From Marinicella sp. (lineage in GTDB: Bacteria > Pseudomonadota > Gammaproteobacteria > Xanthomonadales > Marinicellaceae), in assembly GCA_965230295.1 (NCBI GenBank), contig OZ246001.1:3040001-3104000 (forward strand): a DNA stretch of 64,000 bases, given 5' to 3'. Shown one piece after another: positions 48,587 through 59,250 of this stretch. Below the pieces are notes generated by a model that saw only the letters and a list, made by a program, of their open reading frames with translations, made no database searches and was not told the DNA's origin. A program made the position numbers and the translations under genes. The first letter of the stretch is position 1. Each line of letters opens with the position of its first letter.

Positions 48587-49860
48587 GTCGTGTTTGGTTG
48601 ATTCTGCTGGCGTTCAGCCTCAATGCGCAACAGTCAAAAGATGATTGGGGTGATGGTTGGTCAGAAGGTTGGGATGATTTGGCATCACCCTGGACCCATT
48701 CTGGGTTTGTAGAATGGGCCCACGGTGAACGCATCCAAATGGACGACTTATTTTCAGACCAAACCACATTGAGTGAATCGCGTTGGCATCAGCAGTTTGA
48801 TTATGCCAATGACCAAATGAGTTTCCATTGGGGACATGATGTTTGGTTTGATGATGTCCCCAGCAGCGATGAATCTGGTTTGAGTTTTGACCTTCGCGAA
48901 TTCAATTTTCAATTTTCTCTTAAAAACACAGATTTAATCCTGGGTCGGCAGATTACGACATGGGGCACCGGTGATCTGTTGTTCATCAATGACATGTTCC
49001 CAAAGGATTGGGTGTCTTTTTTCAGTGGCCGTGATGACAGTTACTTAAAAGCACCCGCTGATGCGATCAGAATTACCAGCTATTTCAATGCCGTCAATGT
49101 AGACTGGCTCATCACACCGCATGCTGAACCCGATCGTTTCATCAATGGTGAGCGGTTTTCTTTGTATTCACCGATGGTGCAAATGAACATGGGTGGATCT
49201 GAATTGATTAATCCCAGAAACCCGGACACAGCAGAGTATGCCTTGCGTTTGTTTAAAAACATCAATGGGCATCAACTGGCATTGTACGCATACCACGGCA
49301 TCGAAAAATCTCCCGTGGGTGTCGATGATGATTTGCAGGCTTATTTCCCCGCGAAAGGAGTCTGGGGTGCCAGTTATCAAGGTTCATTGGGCAAAGGGCT
49401 GATCAATCTGGAAGCAGGCTATCATCAGGCACTGGATGATCGCCAAGGCACCAACCCGCGGGTGCCCAATTCACAATGGCGGTTCATGGCTGGTTACCAA
49501 AGAGAGCTGCGCAAAAAACTCAACTGGGGTTTACAGTATTATCTGGAACACACATTGGACCATAAGCAGTTGATCATGCAATCTCCATTTCCTGACGCTG
49601 AACCTGAACAAAACCGACACGTGATCACCAACCGCTTCACTTATCAGGCCTTGCAAGATAAATTAACCTGGTCCTTGTTTGTGTTCTATTCACCCACGGA
49701 TGAAGACAGTTATTGGCGGCCATCTGTGAATTACCGACACAATGACCAATGGCAGTTCACTGTGGGAGGGCACATTTTCACTGGCCAAAAAGAACATACG
49801 TTTTTTGGTCAGTTTGAAGATTCAAGCAGTGTTTTCAGTCGCATCCGCCACCAGTTCTGA
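48583..49860 (+). CDS. Putative outer membrane beta-barrel (DUF1302-like)
   Basis: GTG start, signal peptide, GRQITTWGTGD, FFGQF, C-terminal F. Confidence 0.7.
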   Translation: MSRVWLILLAFSLNAQQSKDDWGDGWSEGWDDLASPWTHSGFVEWAHGERIQMDDLFSDQTTLSESRWHQQFDYANDQMSFHWGHDVWFDDVPSSDESGLSFDLREFNFQFSLKNTDLILGRQITTWGTGDLLFINDMFPKDWVSFFSGRDDSYLKAPADAIRITSYFNAVNVDWLITPHAEPDRFINGERFSLYSPMVQMNMGGSELINPRNPDTAEYALRLFKNINGHQLALYAYHGIEKSPVGVDDDLQAYFPAKGVWGASYQGSLGKGLINLEAGYHQALDDRQGTNPRVPNSQWRFMAGYQRELRKKLNWGLQYYLEHTLDHKQLIMQSPFPDAEPEQNRHVITNRFTYQALQDKLTWSLFVFYSPTDEDSYWRPSVNYRHNDQWQFTVGGHIFTGQKEHTFFGQFEDSSSVFSRIRHQF

Positions 49861-49943
49861 ATAAAACTGATGACTCAAAAATAATTCATGACTGCTGGCA
49901 CGCCAAAAATTGATTGTGATGGGTTAAATTAACTCTTTCATTT

Positions 49944-50324
49944 ATGGATAAAAATTTTACAGACATGAATTCTAAACAAATACTCGTTTGGGCTCTGGCA
50001 GGGTTTCTGATCGTCTATCACACGGTGAAGATATATTCAGGGATGATTGAAACACCGAATATTGGCCAGGTTTTTTCAGAGAATTATTACCAAAACACGA
50101 TTCGATTGTTGATTGTTTGTAGTTTGTTTCTGGTGTTGATGTTCAGTCGAATTGGTTTGGGGTTGATGTGGGTTTTTATTGTGTCATTGATTGTGACGCA
50201 GTACCTGATGTTGCCGACTGATAAAAACCTGGCGGCCTTGTTGGGGCCGCTGAAAGGGTTGATATTTCCAACAGTCATCTCTTTGATTTTCTGGCATCAA
50301 CGAAAACCACAGCAACATGAATAA
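49944..50324 (+). CDS. Hypothetical membrane protein
   Basis: About four hydrophobic segments. Confidence 0.6.
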   Translation: MDKNFTDMNSKQILVWALAGFLIVYHTVKIYSGMIETPNIGQVFSENYYQNTIRLLIVCSLFLVLMFSRIGLGLMWVFIVSLIVTQYLMLPTDKNLAALLGPLKGLIFPTVISLIFWHQRKPQQHE

Positions 50325-50392
50325 TCGATTTTTACAATTCTCATTTAAATTCTGTTGTAGAATAGGTTTCGTAGATTGCAAATTTTACCACC

Positions 50393-51193
50393 ATGACTAA
50401 ACTCTGTGCGACACAATCATATAAATTGCCTCAATTGAAGCCGTTTATTGATTCGGTCAGCTTTTATCACAATCAACACCAGAGCGACAGCAAGTCATTG
50501 TTGTTTGAAGGTTGTCCTGAAGGTTTATTCGAGTTGATATTTCAAAGTGATAAAACGGTTTGGCAAAAAGACCAAAAAGATGGTGTTTGGCGTCAACGCG
50601 ATGAAGCTTTTCTCGGTGGCTTGCATCAACAAGGGTATCAGTTGAAATTACCGCCGGACACTGAAATCATGTCAGTGCGTTTCAACCACGGTGCATTTAA
50701 ATATGTGTTTTCTGGTCAATTGAACGATTTTATCAATCAAAAAGTACCCATTACTGATTTGTGGTCACACACTGGCAAACAACTGATTCACAAGCTGAAA
50801 AAATCCGATAATCACAAAGGTAAGCTACAGGTGATTGCAGCTTTTCTTGAGTCAAAAATCAACGCAGACAAACATTCAGTCATTGATCAAACCGTACAAG
50901 CCATACTGGACTGTCATGGCATGATCGACATGCAGGTGTTGGAACAGCAATCTGCTTTGAGTTCAGCGCAATTCCGCAAGCGCTTCAGGGAAGAGGTGGG
51001 TTTGCCACCAAAAAGTTTTGCCAAGGTCATTAAAATGAATGCCATCATGAATCAATTAGAGCGCCAAAAAGGGAAACAATTGCTCACGGATGTGGTTTAC
51101 GATTTTGGTTATTTTGACCAATCCCATTTCATCAAGGATTTTAAATCGGTTATCGGTAAAACGCCCTCACAATTCAATTTAGCTATTTCTTAA
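50393..51193 (+). CDS. AraC family regulator
   Basis: RFREEVGLPPK, GYFDQSHFIKDFK..GKTP. Confidence 0.9.
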   Translation: MTKLCATQSYKLPQLKPFIDSVSFYHNQHQSDSKSLLFEGCPEGLFELIFQSDKTVWQKDQKDGVWRQRDEAFLGGLHQQGYQLKLPPDTEIMSVRFNHGAFKYVFSGQLNDFINQKVPITDLWSHTGKQLIHKLKKSDNHKGKLQVIAAFLESKINADKHSVIDQTVQAILDCHGMIDMQVLEQQSALSSAQFRKRFREEVGLPPKSFAKVIKMNAIMNQLERQKGKQLLTDVVYDFGYFDQSHFIKDFKSVIGKTPSQFNLAIS

Positions 51194-51195
51194 AT

Positions 51196-51549
51196 GGAAA
51201 GCTGCTGAGCAGCTTGACCCGCCGAGCCGGTTAGGCAGTGAGTGGAATAAAGGTGGTTTTGTGAAGCAAAGAAACCTTTATGCAATGAGCGATAAGCCGT
51301 GAGCTATTGATGTTGCGGCCGCTATCGCTCCTTGCTATCGCGGCAGACCTACATCCATGTAGGCCAATCAGAGGCGAAGAGCGCGAGATAGCAAGTTATG
51401 TTTGCCGTGGTCGTTTTCACTTTTGTCTGGAACAGACATGCAGTGCGAAGCAACTGCTCAGACAATAGTCTGTAAAGGTCGGTTTATTTGCGCAGCAAAT
51501 ATGAAGACCTGTCAGACCATGAACCAGAATGGAGCCCCAAGAACATTCC
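51196..51549. repeat. Modular MITE-like repeat, copy 3 (longest)
   Basis: GGAAAGCTGCTGAGCAGCTTGACCCGCCGAGCCGGTT...GCCCCAAGAACATTCC. Confidence 0.8.
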
Positions 51550-51782
51550 TTTATCCCTGTCTGTTGAATTTATTAGAGCCAAGTGCAGCTCAGTTATCAT
51601 GTGATTCTATCCAGCCTATCTAATCGATTATATTTGGTTGGCATAATCGAAATTTACTATACCGGAAAAAGTCACTGTTATTTAATGGCCACAAGCGGCT
51701 GAATAAGTTAAGAGTTGGTTAAAAAATGGTTTATTGCTCTTAACAATCAGTCATTTAATATTTATTAATTGTGGAGATATCA

Positions 51783-54485
51783 ATGAAACAAAAGTTTCTG
51801 ACTGAAGCCATACGAAAATCGTTACTGCTGGGTGTGGTTACGACCGGTTTTTATGGTCCTCAAGCGTTTGCTCAAGACGGTGACGACGATTCGGTTGAAG
51901 AGCAAGGTAAAATTACTGTTACGGGTTCGCGTATTAAGCGTTCAGACATTGAGGGTGCGGTACCGGTAACAATCATTACTCGTGAACAACTAGAGCTCAG
52001 CGGTGAAAGTAATGCTGCTGACTTCTTAAGGAACACCACTTTTAACACTTCCGGTTCTTTCAGACCTCAGTCTGGTAGTTCGATCCAAAGTGTATCAACA
52101 CTTAGCTTACGTGGTATTGGTTCAGCCAGAACATTGATTCTGATTGATGGCCGTCGTATTCCTAAAGCACCTACTTCCGGTTCAGCACAAGATTTGAACG
52201 CCATCCCATTGGGTGCGATTGAAAGAATCGAGATTTTGACTGACGGTGCATCGGCTATTTATGGTTCTGACGCCATCGGTGGTGTTGTTAACGTGATCAC
52301 ACGTACCGATTATACCGGCGCCGAAATCACGTTAGGCGCTCAAGAAGTCAGTATTCCGGCTAATGGTGGTGAAAGAGAAGAAGGTTCTGTACTGTTTGGT
52401 GCAGCCAATGACCGCTCTAGCGTTATTGCTGGTATTTCCTGGAATGATCGTGAGATTATTTTTGAAAGGGATTTGCCTTGGTATGTGCCAGGTGGTTCTA
52501 CTTTCAGTAACAACTTCCGCGCAGTTGCGGCTGCTGGTAACGAAACAGGTCCATTCATTTCAGCCACAGCTTGTGATTTCCCTAACACCGGTTTTTATAC
52601 CTTGAATCCTGGTGCTGGCGTTGCTGGCGGTGAGCGTTGTGCATATGATTTTAATTTAGAAGCAGCCAATGAAGCCTCGATTGAAAACCAATCTTTCTAT
52701 GTGAAAGCACGTCATGAAATCAATGACAATTGGGAATTGTGGGTTAATGCCGGTGTTTATGAAACCAAATCATTTGGTCGTTATGCACCAGTACCAGATG
52801 GCAGTGCGTTCTCAGGAACAGGCTTACCATTAAGTGCTTCAAGCCCTAACAACCCAAGTAACCCAGCCAGCCCATTGTATGACCCAGCAAACTGGGCCAC
52901 ACCTCAAGTGGTTCACTGGAGACACCGTTTTGATGCGTTAGGTAATCGTGATAACAACATCACCACCACCAACACCAGTTTTGAAATTGGTACCACTGGT
53001 CAAGTAGGCAGAGCTGAAGTAGAGTTTGGTGTAACCAGAGCCAACTCTAACAGTGTGAACATTGGTAGAAACTACTTGTTAAGATCTGCTGCAGCTGCTG
53101 CTGTTGAAAGTGGTGCTTACAACTTGGCCAACCCATATGGTTCATCATCTACCTTGTTAAATGCATTAAGGGTGACGACCAACCGTGACTCTAAATATGA
53201 TCAGGACTCCATGTTTGGTTCTGTTGCATTTGATTTGTTTGACATGGCTAACGGCCCTGTATCAGTTTACATTGGTGCAGAGTACCGCGATGTGAAATAT
53301 CAAGACAGATATGACTCATTGTCAGAAGCGGGTCAAGTTGGTGGTTCATCAGGTTCGAGTGCCGGTGGCGGACGTGACGTAACTTCTGTATTCTTCGAGG
53401 GCTTGGTGCCATTGTTGGATAACTTGGAAATGTCAATTGCTGGTCGTTACGATGACTACTCTGACTATGGTAATGACTTTTCACCTAAAGTATCTTTCAG
53501 ATATCAACCTCTGGATAACCTGACTTTACGTGCATCGTACGGAGAAGGTTTCAGAGCGCCAACTTTGCCAATTTTAACAGCACAACCAGCCAGTTCAGCT
53601 GATACCATCAACGACCCACGTACTTGTATCGCTTCGGGATTGCCAAGCAATTGTTTGATACAAACACAGAATACAGTGATTGCTAATCCAAACTTGAGTT
53701 CTGAACAGTCAGAACAATTCTCATTGGGTGCTGCCTATGAGCCATTTGACTGGTTGAACTTCACTGTTGATTACTGGAACATTGAAATCACTGATCAGAT
53801 CAGAAACATCACTGCACAAACATTGGTCAATGAAGATAATCTGATGAACTTCAGCAGGCAACCCCTCGGATGTACCCGTGATGTGGCAACGGGTGCCATC
53901 ATTACCTGTGTTCGTGGTGCTGTTAACGAAGGATTGATCAACGCTTCTGGTGTTGATATCAACGCTCGATTCACTTACGAAGCTTTGGCGGGTAATTTCT
54001 CTCATCAGTTCCAATGGTCTCGTGCTTTGTCTCAAAAGCTTGATAAGAACCGTGAGTTGGTTGATGACCCGGGTCTTCCAGCCAATCGCATCATCATTAA
54101 CAACAGCTACACCTATGGTGATTGGCAGTTTGCTTATAACATGAACATTGTTGGTGATCAGTTCAATAACGTCAGCTCGTTCAATACATCTGCCGCTGCA
54201 GATGCTTACATAGCTGGTTTGGCTCCGGGTACTGATGTTGACAGAGAAGTAGGAAGGGATGGTTTGACATACGTTAAAGATGGTCACAATCCAAATTGGA
54301 TCACCCATGACTTCCAGTTGAATTACTTTGCGCCTTGGGACGGTAAATTCACAGTCGGTGTGCAAAACGCTGGTGAGAAATTCCCGCCAATTGGGTTAGG
54401 TAACACCACCAACCGTGCTTATGATTTCAACTTATACCATGGTTATGGTCGGATCACTTACTTCAGATACACACAAACATTTTGA
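51783..54485 (+). CDS. TonB-dependent receptor
   Basis: ITVTGSRIKR, IERIEILTDGASAIYGSDAIGGVVN, GFRAP; C-terminal F. Confidence 0.93.
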   Translation: MKQKFLTEAIRKSLLLGVVTTGFYGPQAFAQDGDDDSVEEQGKITVTGSRIKRSDIEGAVPVTIITREQLELSGESNAADFLRNTTFNTSGSFRPQSGSSIQSVSTLSLRGIGSARTLILIDGRRIPKAPTSGSAQDLNAIPLGAIERIEILTDGASAIYGSDAIGGVVNVITRTDYTGAEITLGAQEVSIPANGGEREEGSVLFGAANDRSSVIAGISWNDREIIFERDLPWYVPGGSTFSNNFRAVAAAGNETGPFISATACDFPNTGFYTLNPGAGVAGGERCAYDFNLEAANEASIENQSFYVKARHEINDNWELWVNAGVYETKSFGRYAPVPDGSAFSGTGLPLSASSPNNPSNPASPLYDPANWATPQVVHWRHRFDALGNRDNNITTTNTSFEIGTTGQVGRAEVEFGVTRANSNSVNIGRNYLLRSAAAAAVESGAYNLANPYGSSSTLLNALRVTTNRDSKYDQDSMFGSVAFDLFDMANGPVSVYIGAEYRDVKYQDRYDSLSEAGQVGGSSGSSAGGGRDVTSVFFEGLVPLLDNLEMSIAGRYDDYSDYGNDFSPKVSFRYQPLDNLTLRASYGEGFRAPTLPILTAQPASSADTINDPRTCIASGLPSNCLIQTQNTVIANPNLSSEQSEQFSLGAAYEPFDWLNFTVDYWNIEITDQIRNITAQTLVNEDNLMNFSRQPLGCTRDVATGAIITCVRGAVNEGLINASGVDINARFTYEALAGNFSHQFQWSRALSQKLDKNRELVDDPGLPANRIIINNSYTYGDWQFAYNMNIVGDQFNNVSSFNTSAAADAYIAGLAPGTDVDREVGRDGLTYVKDGHNPNWITHDFQLNYFAPWDGKFTVGVQNAGEKFPPIGLGNTTNRAYDFNLYHGYGRITYFRYTQTF

Positions 54486-54674
54486 TATGACTGAAGTCTA
54501 ACTGAGTCTATGGGCTGCTAATGATTTGAATCGTTAAAAGCCCATAGACTTACAACCGGTTTGTATCACCACTCCAAAAACACTGAATCAGTGAATTAAG
54601 TGTTGATTTATGTTCTCTTTCAAAGAATTGCATCTATATAGTGAACATCAGGGTGGTGATACAATTTATTAATA

Positions 54675-54942
54675 GGAATGCCCTTGGGTCTTCTCTGAAA
54701 TTGTTCCAAACAATGCTCTGCATCCACCCCGTCCTGGGGATCGGTTCGGAAGCAACCAGTGACACTTCACGGATTATTGATCATTTCATCAAGGCTTCTT
54801 GACTGTGTCAAAAAGCCATTCTTATATGGTCTGCCTAACCGGGTGCACACGCTGCGGTATTCAAGCAAGGTTTATGACCTTTCAAGGTAAGCCACCATAC
54901 TTTCACATTACCTGTGCCGGTCAAACTGATCACCAGTTTTCC
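54675..54942. repeat. Modular MITE-like repeat, copy 4 (diverged)
   Basis: Shares ends and the CCGGTTAGGCAG and AAGCCTTGATGAAATGA modules with copy 2, in reverse orientation. Confidence 0.7.
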
Positions 54943-54977
54943 ATCGAGAACCACAGGGGGGTGACACAGTGAACCAC

Positions 54978-55008
54978 AAAAAAGCCCAATCAAGAATGAA
55001 TGGGCTTT
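54978..55008 (-). terminator. Intrinsic terminator
   Basis: AAAGCCCA..TGGGCTTT plus U-run. Confidence 0.65.
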
Positions 55009-55030
55009 CTGAACTGCGGTATTTCGGTAA

Positions 55031-56272
55031 TTATTTATAAATCTTGAACTCAGCATAACAATTGTTGGTGACAAACAATTCTCCTCGCTGATTAACGCCC
55101 CAATTGCCTTCACAAGGGTATTTTCCTTTACTGATTTCACGTTTGAATTCAACGTCCCTGAATGGACCATCGGTGTCGCAAATTTTCAAGTTATTGCGTC
55201 GTGATTTACATTTGATGGTAAAGGGTGGACGTACCGGTGTCTGGCTGACCGATCTGCCAGGATAAGTCACGAAACGAGCCCGACAACCGTCTTTAACCCA
55301 AATGCCATTGGCGTCATAGCCCCAGCGCTGATCACAGTTGGCAGATCCTAAGTTCTGGACAAACTCCACCCCACCTGAAGTGTCGGCCTGACAAGTTCTG
55401 ACTTGGCCATAATTGGATTCACAGACGATTTCCTGGCGGGCATTTCCTGGATAATTGGGAGATCCCTGATGGTTGTTGAGCTGATATTCCACCACTCTGA
55501 ATTTTGCATGGCAGCCGTTCCTGACCCAAAGCCCGTGGGCCGATATGCCCCAGTTTCCGCGACAAGATTGATCGTAGCCTCGGCCCATTTCTTCAATTAA
55601 TTCAACGCTTTGGAGTTCTGGAACTTGACAGTTTTGGACTGTTCGCCCGATGGCTCTACATTCAACAATGCCATCGCCATATACTGAACCAGGATTATTG
55701 TAGCCAGATCCGGAAACCCAAAAGTCTGCTTTACAACCATTGGCCACCCAAATTTCATTTTGGTTGTAACCCCAGTTACCACGGCAACTTCTGTTACTGA
55801 GTTGATGAATCAGTTGTACTTCAGCACCATTCAAGTTCCGTGCACAGGTTTGTCTGCGGTAACTGTAAGATTCACACCTGATGATGTCGTCTGTACGACC
55901 ATAGTGATCCTGATACCGGTCGATTTGGAATTCCCCACGACAACCGTTGGTGACCCAGACGCCATAATAATCATAGCCCCAATTGCCTTGACAAGAGTTG
56001 TAGCCTATTTGTCTGACCAGCCTCACACCACCACTGGTGTCAGCTCGACAGTGTTGTCGGCCTCCGCGGTATGATTCGCAGACAAAGCGATCACCTGAAC
56101 CGTAGTTATTTTGGCCGTAAGATTTCTCGCTTTTGCTTTTGTTGAACTGTTCTTCCGTTGAGTTGTTTTCAGTTGACAGCTGTTTAAGTTCTTTGACTGC
56201 TGTGGCCTTGTCTTGTGCAGCCATTGCCGAACTTGCCAACAGAATCATGCCCCATATGATGTACTTTTTCAT
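55031..56272 (-). CDS. Secreted protein with five DUF3011 repeats
   Basis: CES...C...V.LVRQ...C...WG....IWV..GCRA.F repeated five times. Confidence 0.85.
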   Translation of the reverse strand: MKKYIIWGMILLASSAMAAQDKATAVKELKQLSTENNSTEEQFNKSKSEKSYGQNNYGSGDRFVCESYRGGRQHCRADTSGGVRLVRQIGYNSCQGNWGYDYYGVWVTNGCRGEFQIDRYQDHYGRTDDIIRCESYSYRRQTCARNLNGAEVQLIHQLSNRSCRGNWGYNQNEIWVANGCKADFWVSGSGYNNPGSVYGDGIVECRAIGRTVQNCQVPELQSVELIEEMGRGYDQSCRGNWGISAHGLWVRNGCHAKFRVVEYQLNNHQGSPNYPGNARQEIVCESNYGQVRTCQADTSGGVEFVQNLGSANCDQRWGYDANGIWVKDGCRARFVTYPGRSVSQTPVRPPFTIKCKSRRNNLKICDTDGPFRDVEFKREISKGKYPCEGNWGVNQRGELFVTNNCYAEFKIYK

Positions 56273-56372
56273 TGTTATTCTCCGTATTCATGCTGCCAAT
56301 TATTTTAGCAACTAAGGCACGAATTTGGAGAACAAATTGTAAACAAGTGAAAAGTAGTTCAGATAGCTATGT

Positions 56373-56777
56373 CTAAGAATTATTTAGTTGCAACAATTCA
56401 TACATTTTCTGTTGCACCAAAGTCAAGGCTTTGAGCGGTCTGAGCATCACTTTGAAGTCGATGATTAGACCTTGGTCGTTGAACTCAATCATGTCTACCC
56501 CGTTGATGATCAGGCCATCAATCTCAGCTTGAAACTCCAACACAGCCTGATTTCCATCAAAAACTTCTCTTAAGTATTTAAAGTCATTGGGTAACAGCAC
56601 GTGAAAAGCAGCGGTTAAGTACATTTTTACCAGTGGCTTACCCACTTGCGGCGTGTGTAACACCGGAGAGTGGAACACCACTTCATCCGCCAAAATTTCA
56701 TTGAGTTGATCGGGATTTCCATCCTGAATGATTTGGTGCCATTGTTCAATGGTAGTTTGACTGGTCTGTGAACTCAT
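56373..56777 (-). CDS. SnoaL/NTF2-like protein
   Basis: VVFHSPV, INGVDMI..VMLRPLKA. Confidence 0.85.
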   Translation of the reverse strand: MSSQTSQTTIEQWHQIIQDGNPDQLNEILADEVVFHSPVLHTPQVGKPLVKMYLTAAFHVLLPNDFKYLREVFDGNQAVLEFQAEIDGLIINGVDMIEFNDQGLIIDFKVMLRPLKALTLVQQKMYELLQLNNS

Positions 56778-57526
56778 ACCAAATACCCACCATCGACCGG
56801 CAAACTGACACCCGTGATGTATTTGGCCGCATCAGATGCCAAAAATAAATAGGCCGGGGCGATTTCTTCAGGTTGTGCCATGCGGCCCAGTGGTATCTGC
56901 GGTAGGATCATTTTCAACATGGCTTCATTTTGAGTCAGGGCTGAGGCAAATTTGGTATCAGTCAGGCCCGGTAATACGGCATTGACACGAATGCCAAACG
57001 GTGCGCACTCTTTAGCGAAACTTTCAGTCATGGAAATGATGGCGGCTTTGGAGGCGGAATAGAGTGATTGGTTGTAGCCTGTGATGCGGCCATTGACAGA
57101 TGAGGTGTTGATGATAACACCTGCTTTTTGTTCACGCATTTGCTGTCCGGCCAATTGGCTCATATGAAAATAGCCTTCAATGTTGACTTCGATGGTTTTT
57201 TGAATGGCCGCAAAGCCCATATCCAAAACATTACCGAAATAGGGGTTGGCCGCTGCGTTGTTGATCATCACATCAATGCGACCCAGCTCAGCCACAGTTT
57301 GTTTTATCAGTTGTTCACGTGATTCTCGATCGCCATTGTGGCAAGTGATGGCTGATGCCAGACCTCCCTTGGCTTTGATGGCGTTTGCTACGGCATCAAT
57401 ACCTTCTTGAGAACGTGAACTGACCACCACATGGGCTCCTTGGTCAGCAAATTGGCGGGCGATGGCTTCACCAATGCCACGGCTGGCGCCAGTAATAAGG
57501 ACAACTTTATTTTTGAATTCGGTCAT
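56774..57526 (-). CDS. Short-chain dehydrogenase/reductase
   Basis: TGASRGIG, NNAA, YSASK. Confidence 0.92.
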   Translation of the reverse strand: MTEFKNKVVLITGASRGIGEAIARQFADQGAHVVVSSRSQEGIDAVANAIKAKGGLASAITCHNGDRESREQLIKQTVAELGRIDVMINNAAANPYFGNVLDMGFAAIQKTIEVNIEGYFHMSQLAGQQMREQKAGVIINTSSVNGRITGYNQSLYSASKAAIISMTESFAKECAPFGIRVNAVLPGLTDTKFASALTQNEAMLKMILPQIPLGRMAQPEEIAPAYLFLASDAAKYITGVSLPVDGGYLV

Positions 57527-57558
57527 GTGTTTTCTCTTCTTATGATGTGGTTAATGGT

Positions 57559-58560
57559 TTATTTGATTTGTCTGATCGCTTGTTGCAACATCAAGTCACG
57601 GACCATGCTCAGCGGTTTGAAGGCCGGGTTGTCGGTTTGCCCTTTTTCATAGCGGTAAAAAATTTGTTGCACAATCACCGCCAGTCGGAACAAACCATAG
57701 ATGTAATAAAAGCTGTAGTCATCAATGGTCATCCCGCTCAAGCTGGCGTATTGGTGGACCACCTCATCGCGGGTCAACATGCCATCCAAGTGGGTGGGCA
57801 TCATGCCCATTTGTTTCAGCACCTCGTGATCGCCATCCTCAATCCAGTAGGCCAATGAACAACCCAAATCCATCAACGGATCACCGATGGTGGTCATTTC
57901 CCAATCCAGCACGCCAATGATGGACTGTTGATTGTTTGGATCAAACACCACATTGTCGAACTTATAGTCATTGTGAATCAGGGTGTAATCACGCTGGTCT
58001 TCTGGTTGGTTGTTGACCAACCATTTGATCACTGGTTCAGCGATGTCTTGTTCAGGCGCAACACGGGTGTAACGATGAACCCAACCAGCGATTTGTCGGT
58101 CAATGTAGCCCCGACCCTTGTTGAAATGTTGCAGACCATCAGTGGGTGCTTGGTGCAATTGGTTATGGACTTTGATCAGTTCATGGCATAACAGCGACAA
58201 ATCAGCGCCTTGATAAATGTCAGGTAATGTCTTGCGAATGATGATCCCGTTGATGGGTTTCATGACATAAAACTCACGATCAAATACATCACTGTCGCCG
58301 CAAAACAGCACCACCTCAGGGCACAGTGGAAAGGCTGGATGCAACTTTTCAAGCAACTTATACTCCCGGTGCATGTCATGAGCGCCTTTGGCCTTGGTGC
58401 CAGGTGGTGAGGTCCTTAAGATCCATTCATTGGCCTCATCTTTTAATGAATAGGTGAGGTTGGATGCACCACCTTTGAATGCTGTGAAATGAATGTGGCC
58501 AACCACGTCCAGGTGCTGGGTTAAGTAATTGGCGATGTTATTTTGTTGTTGTGGGTTCAT
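57559..58560 (-). CDS. APH-family phosphotransferase (LvaA/ACAD10-kinase-like)
   Basis: GGASNLTY, AHDMHRE, HNDYKFDN, LDWEM..GDPLMDLG. Confidence 0.88.
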   Translation of the reverse strand: MNPQQQNNIANYLTQHLDVVGHIHFTAFKGGASNLTYSLKDEANEWILRTSPPGTKAKGAHDMHREYKLLEKLHPAFPLCPEVVLFCGDSDVFDREFYVMKPINGIIIRKTLPDIYQGADLSLLCHELIKVHNQLHQAPTDGLQHFNKGRGYIDRQIAGWVHRYTRVAPEQDIAEPVIKWLVNNQPEDQRDYTLIHNDYKFDNVVFDPNNQQSIIGVLDWEMTTIGDPLMDLGCSLAYWIEDGDHEVLKQMGMMPTHLDGMLTRDEVVHQYASLSGMTIDDYSFYYIYGLFRLAVIVQQIFYRYEKGQTDNPAFKPLSMVRDLMLQQAIRQIK

Positions 58561-59250
58561 TTATTTGACTTGGATGAGTTGATAAACAGTCAGCAGCAAA
58601 TTGGCTACGTATTGGTCGGCATTGATGTTTTTTTGTTGGTATTTCCATGATTTCAAATACCATTCTTGCAGCATGACTTTCAACATGGCAGAGACAAAAT
58701 CAGGGTTGGTACACTGGCTCAATCCCTGGGCATTGGCATCCATGATGCGTTCCAAAATGGCTGTTTCCATGAACTGCTCAGATGCGATGATGGTTTCCAT
58801 CAATTCTTTATCCAGACTTTTGCACTCCATGAACACAAAGTAGAACCATTTTTTTAATCTTTCGCTGATGTAAATATGCCGCGCCAACAATTCATTGAGT
58901 TCAAAAACCGGATCCTGGTGACGGTATTTTTTGATCTTCAAACAGGTTTCTGCCATATGGATCATGGCTGCATGGATCATTTCGGCAATTTGATTTTTAT
59001 TGGCAAAGTATTTATATAAGCCACCCATACTGATGTCGGATTCCTGGCTGAGATCCCGCAAAGTCATGGCTTGAAAGCCTTTGGTCTGGGACAGCTTAAA
59101 CACACTCTCTATGATGGTTTTGAATTTTTTGGTGGCGATGTTGCGGTTTTTTAAGTTGAGTTTTTGGTGGTAGAGGTCAAACATACATGACCATTCATCT
59201 CCAATCAAGGCTTCATATTCTTGCAAAAAAGTTTCGTAACTGAGGTTCAT
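58561..59250 (-). CDS. TetR family regulator
   Basis: GFQAMTLRDLSQESDISMGGLYKYFANK. Confidence 0.88.
   Translation of the reverse strand: MNLSYETFLQEYEALIGDEWSCMFDLYHQKLNLKNRNIATKKFKTIIESVFKLSQTKGFQAMTLRDLSQESDISMGGLYKYFANKNQIAEMIHAAMIHMAETCLKIKKYRHQDPVFELNELLARHIYISERLKKWFYFVFMECKSLDKELMETIIASEQFMETAILERIMDANAQGLSQCTNPDFVSAMLKVMLQEWYLKSWKYQQKNINADQYVANLLLTVYQLIQVK

Noticed and set aside
54675-54975. 6S RNA, tmRNA or RNase P RNA
   Set aside because: No signature motifs; the segment aligns with the modular repeat family
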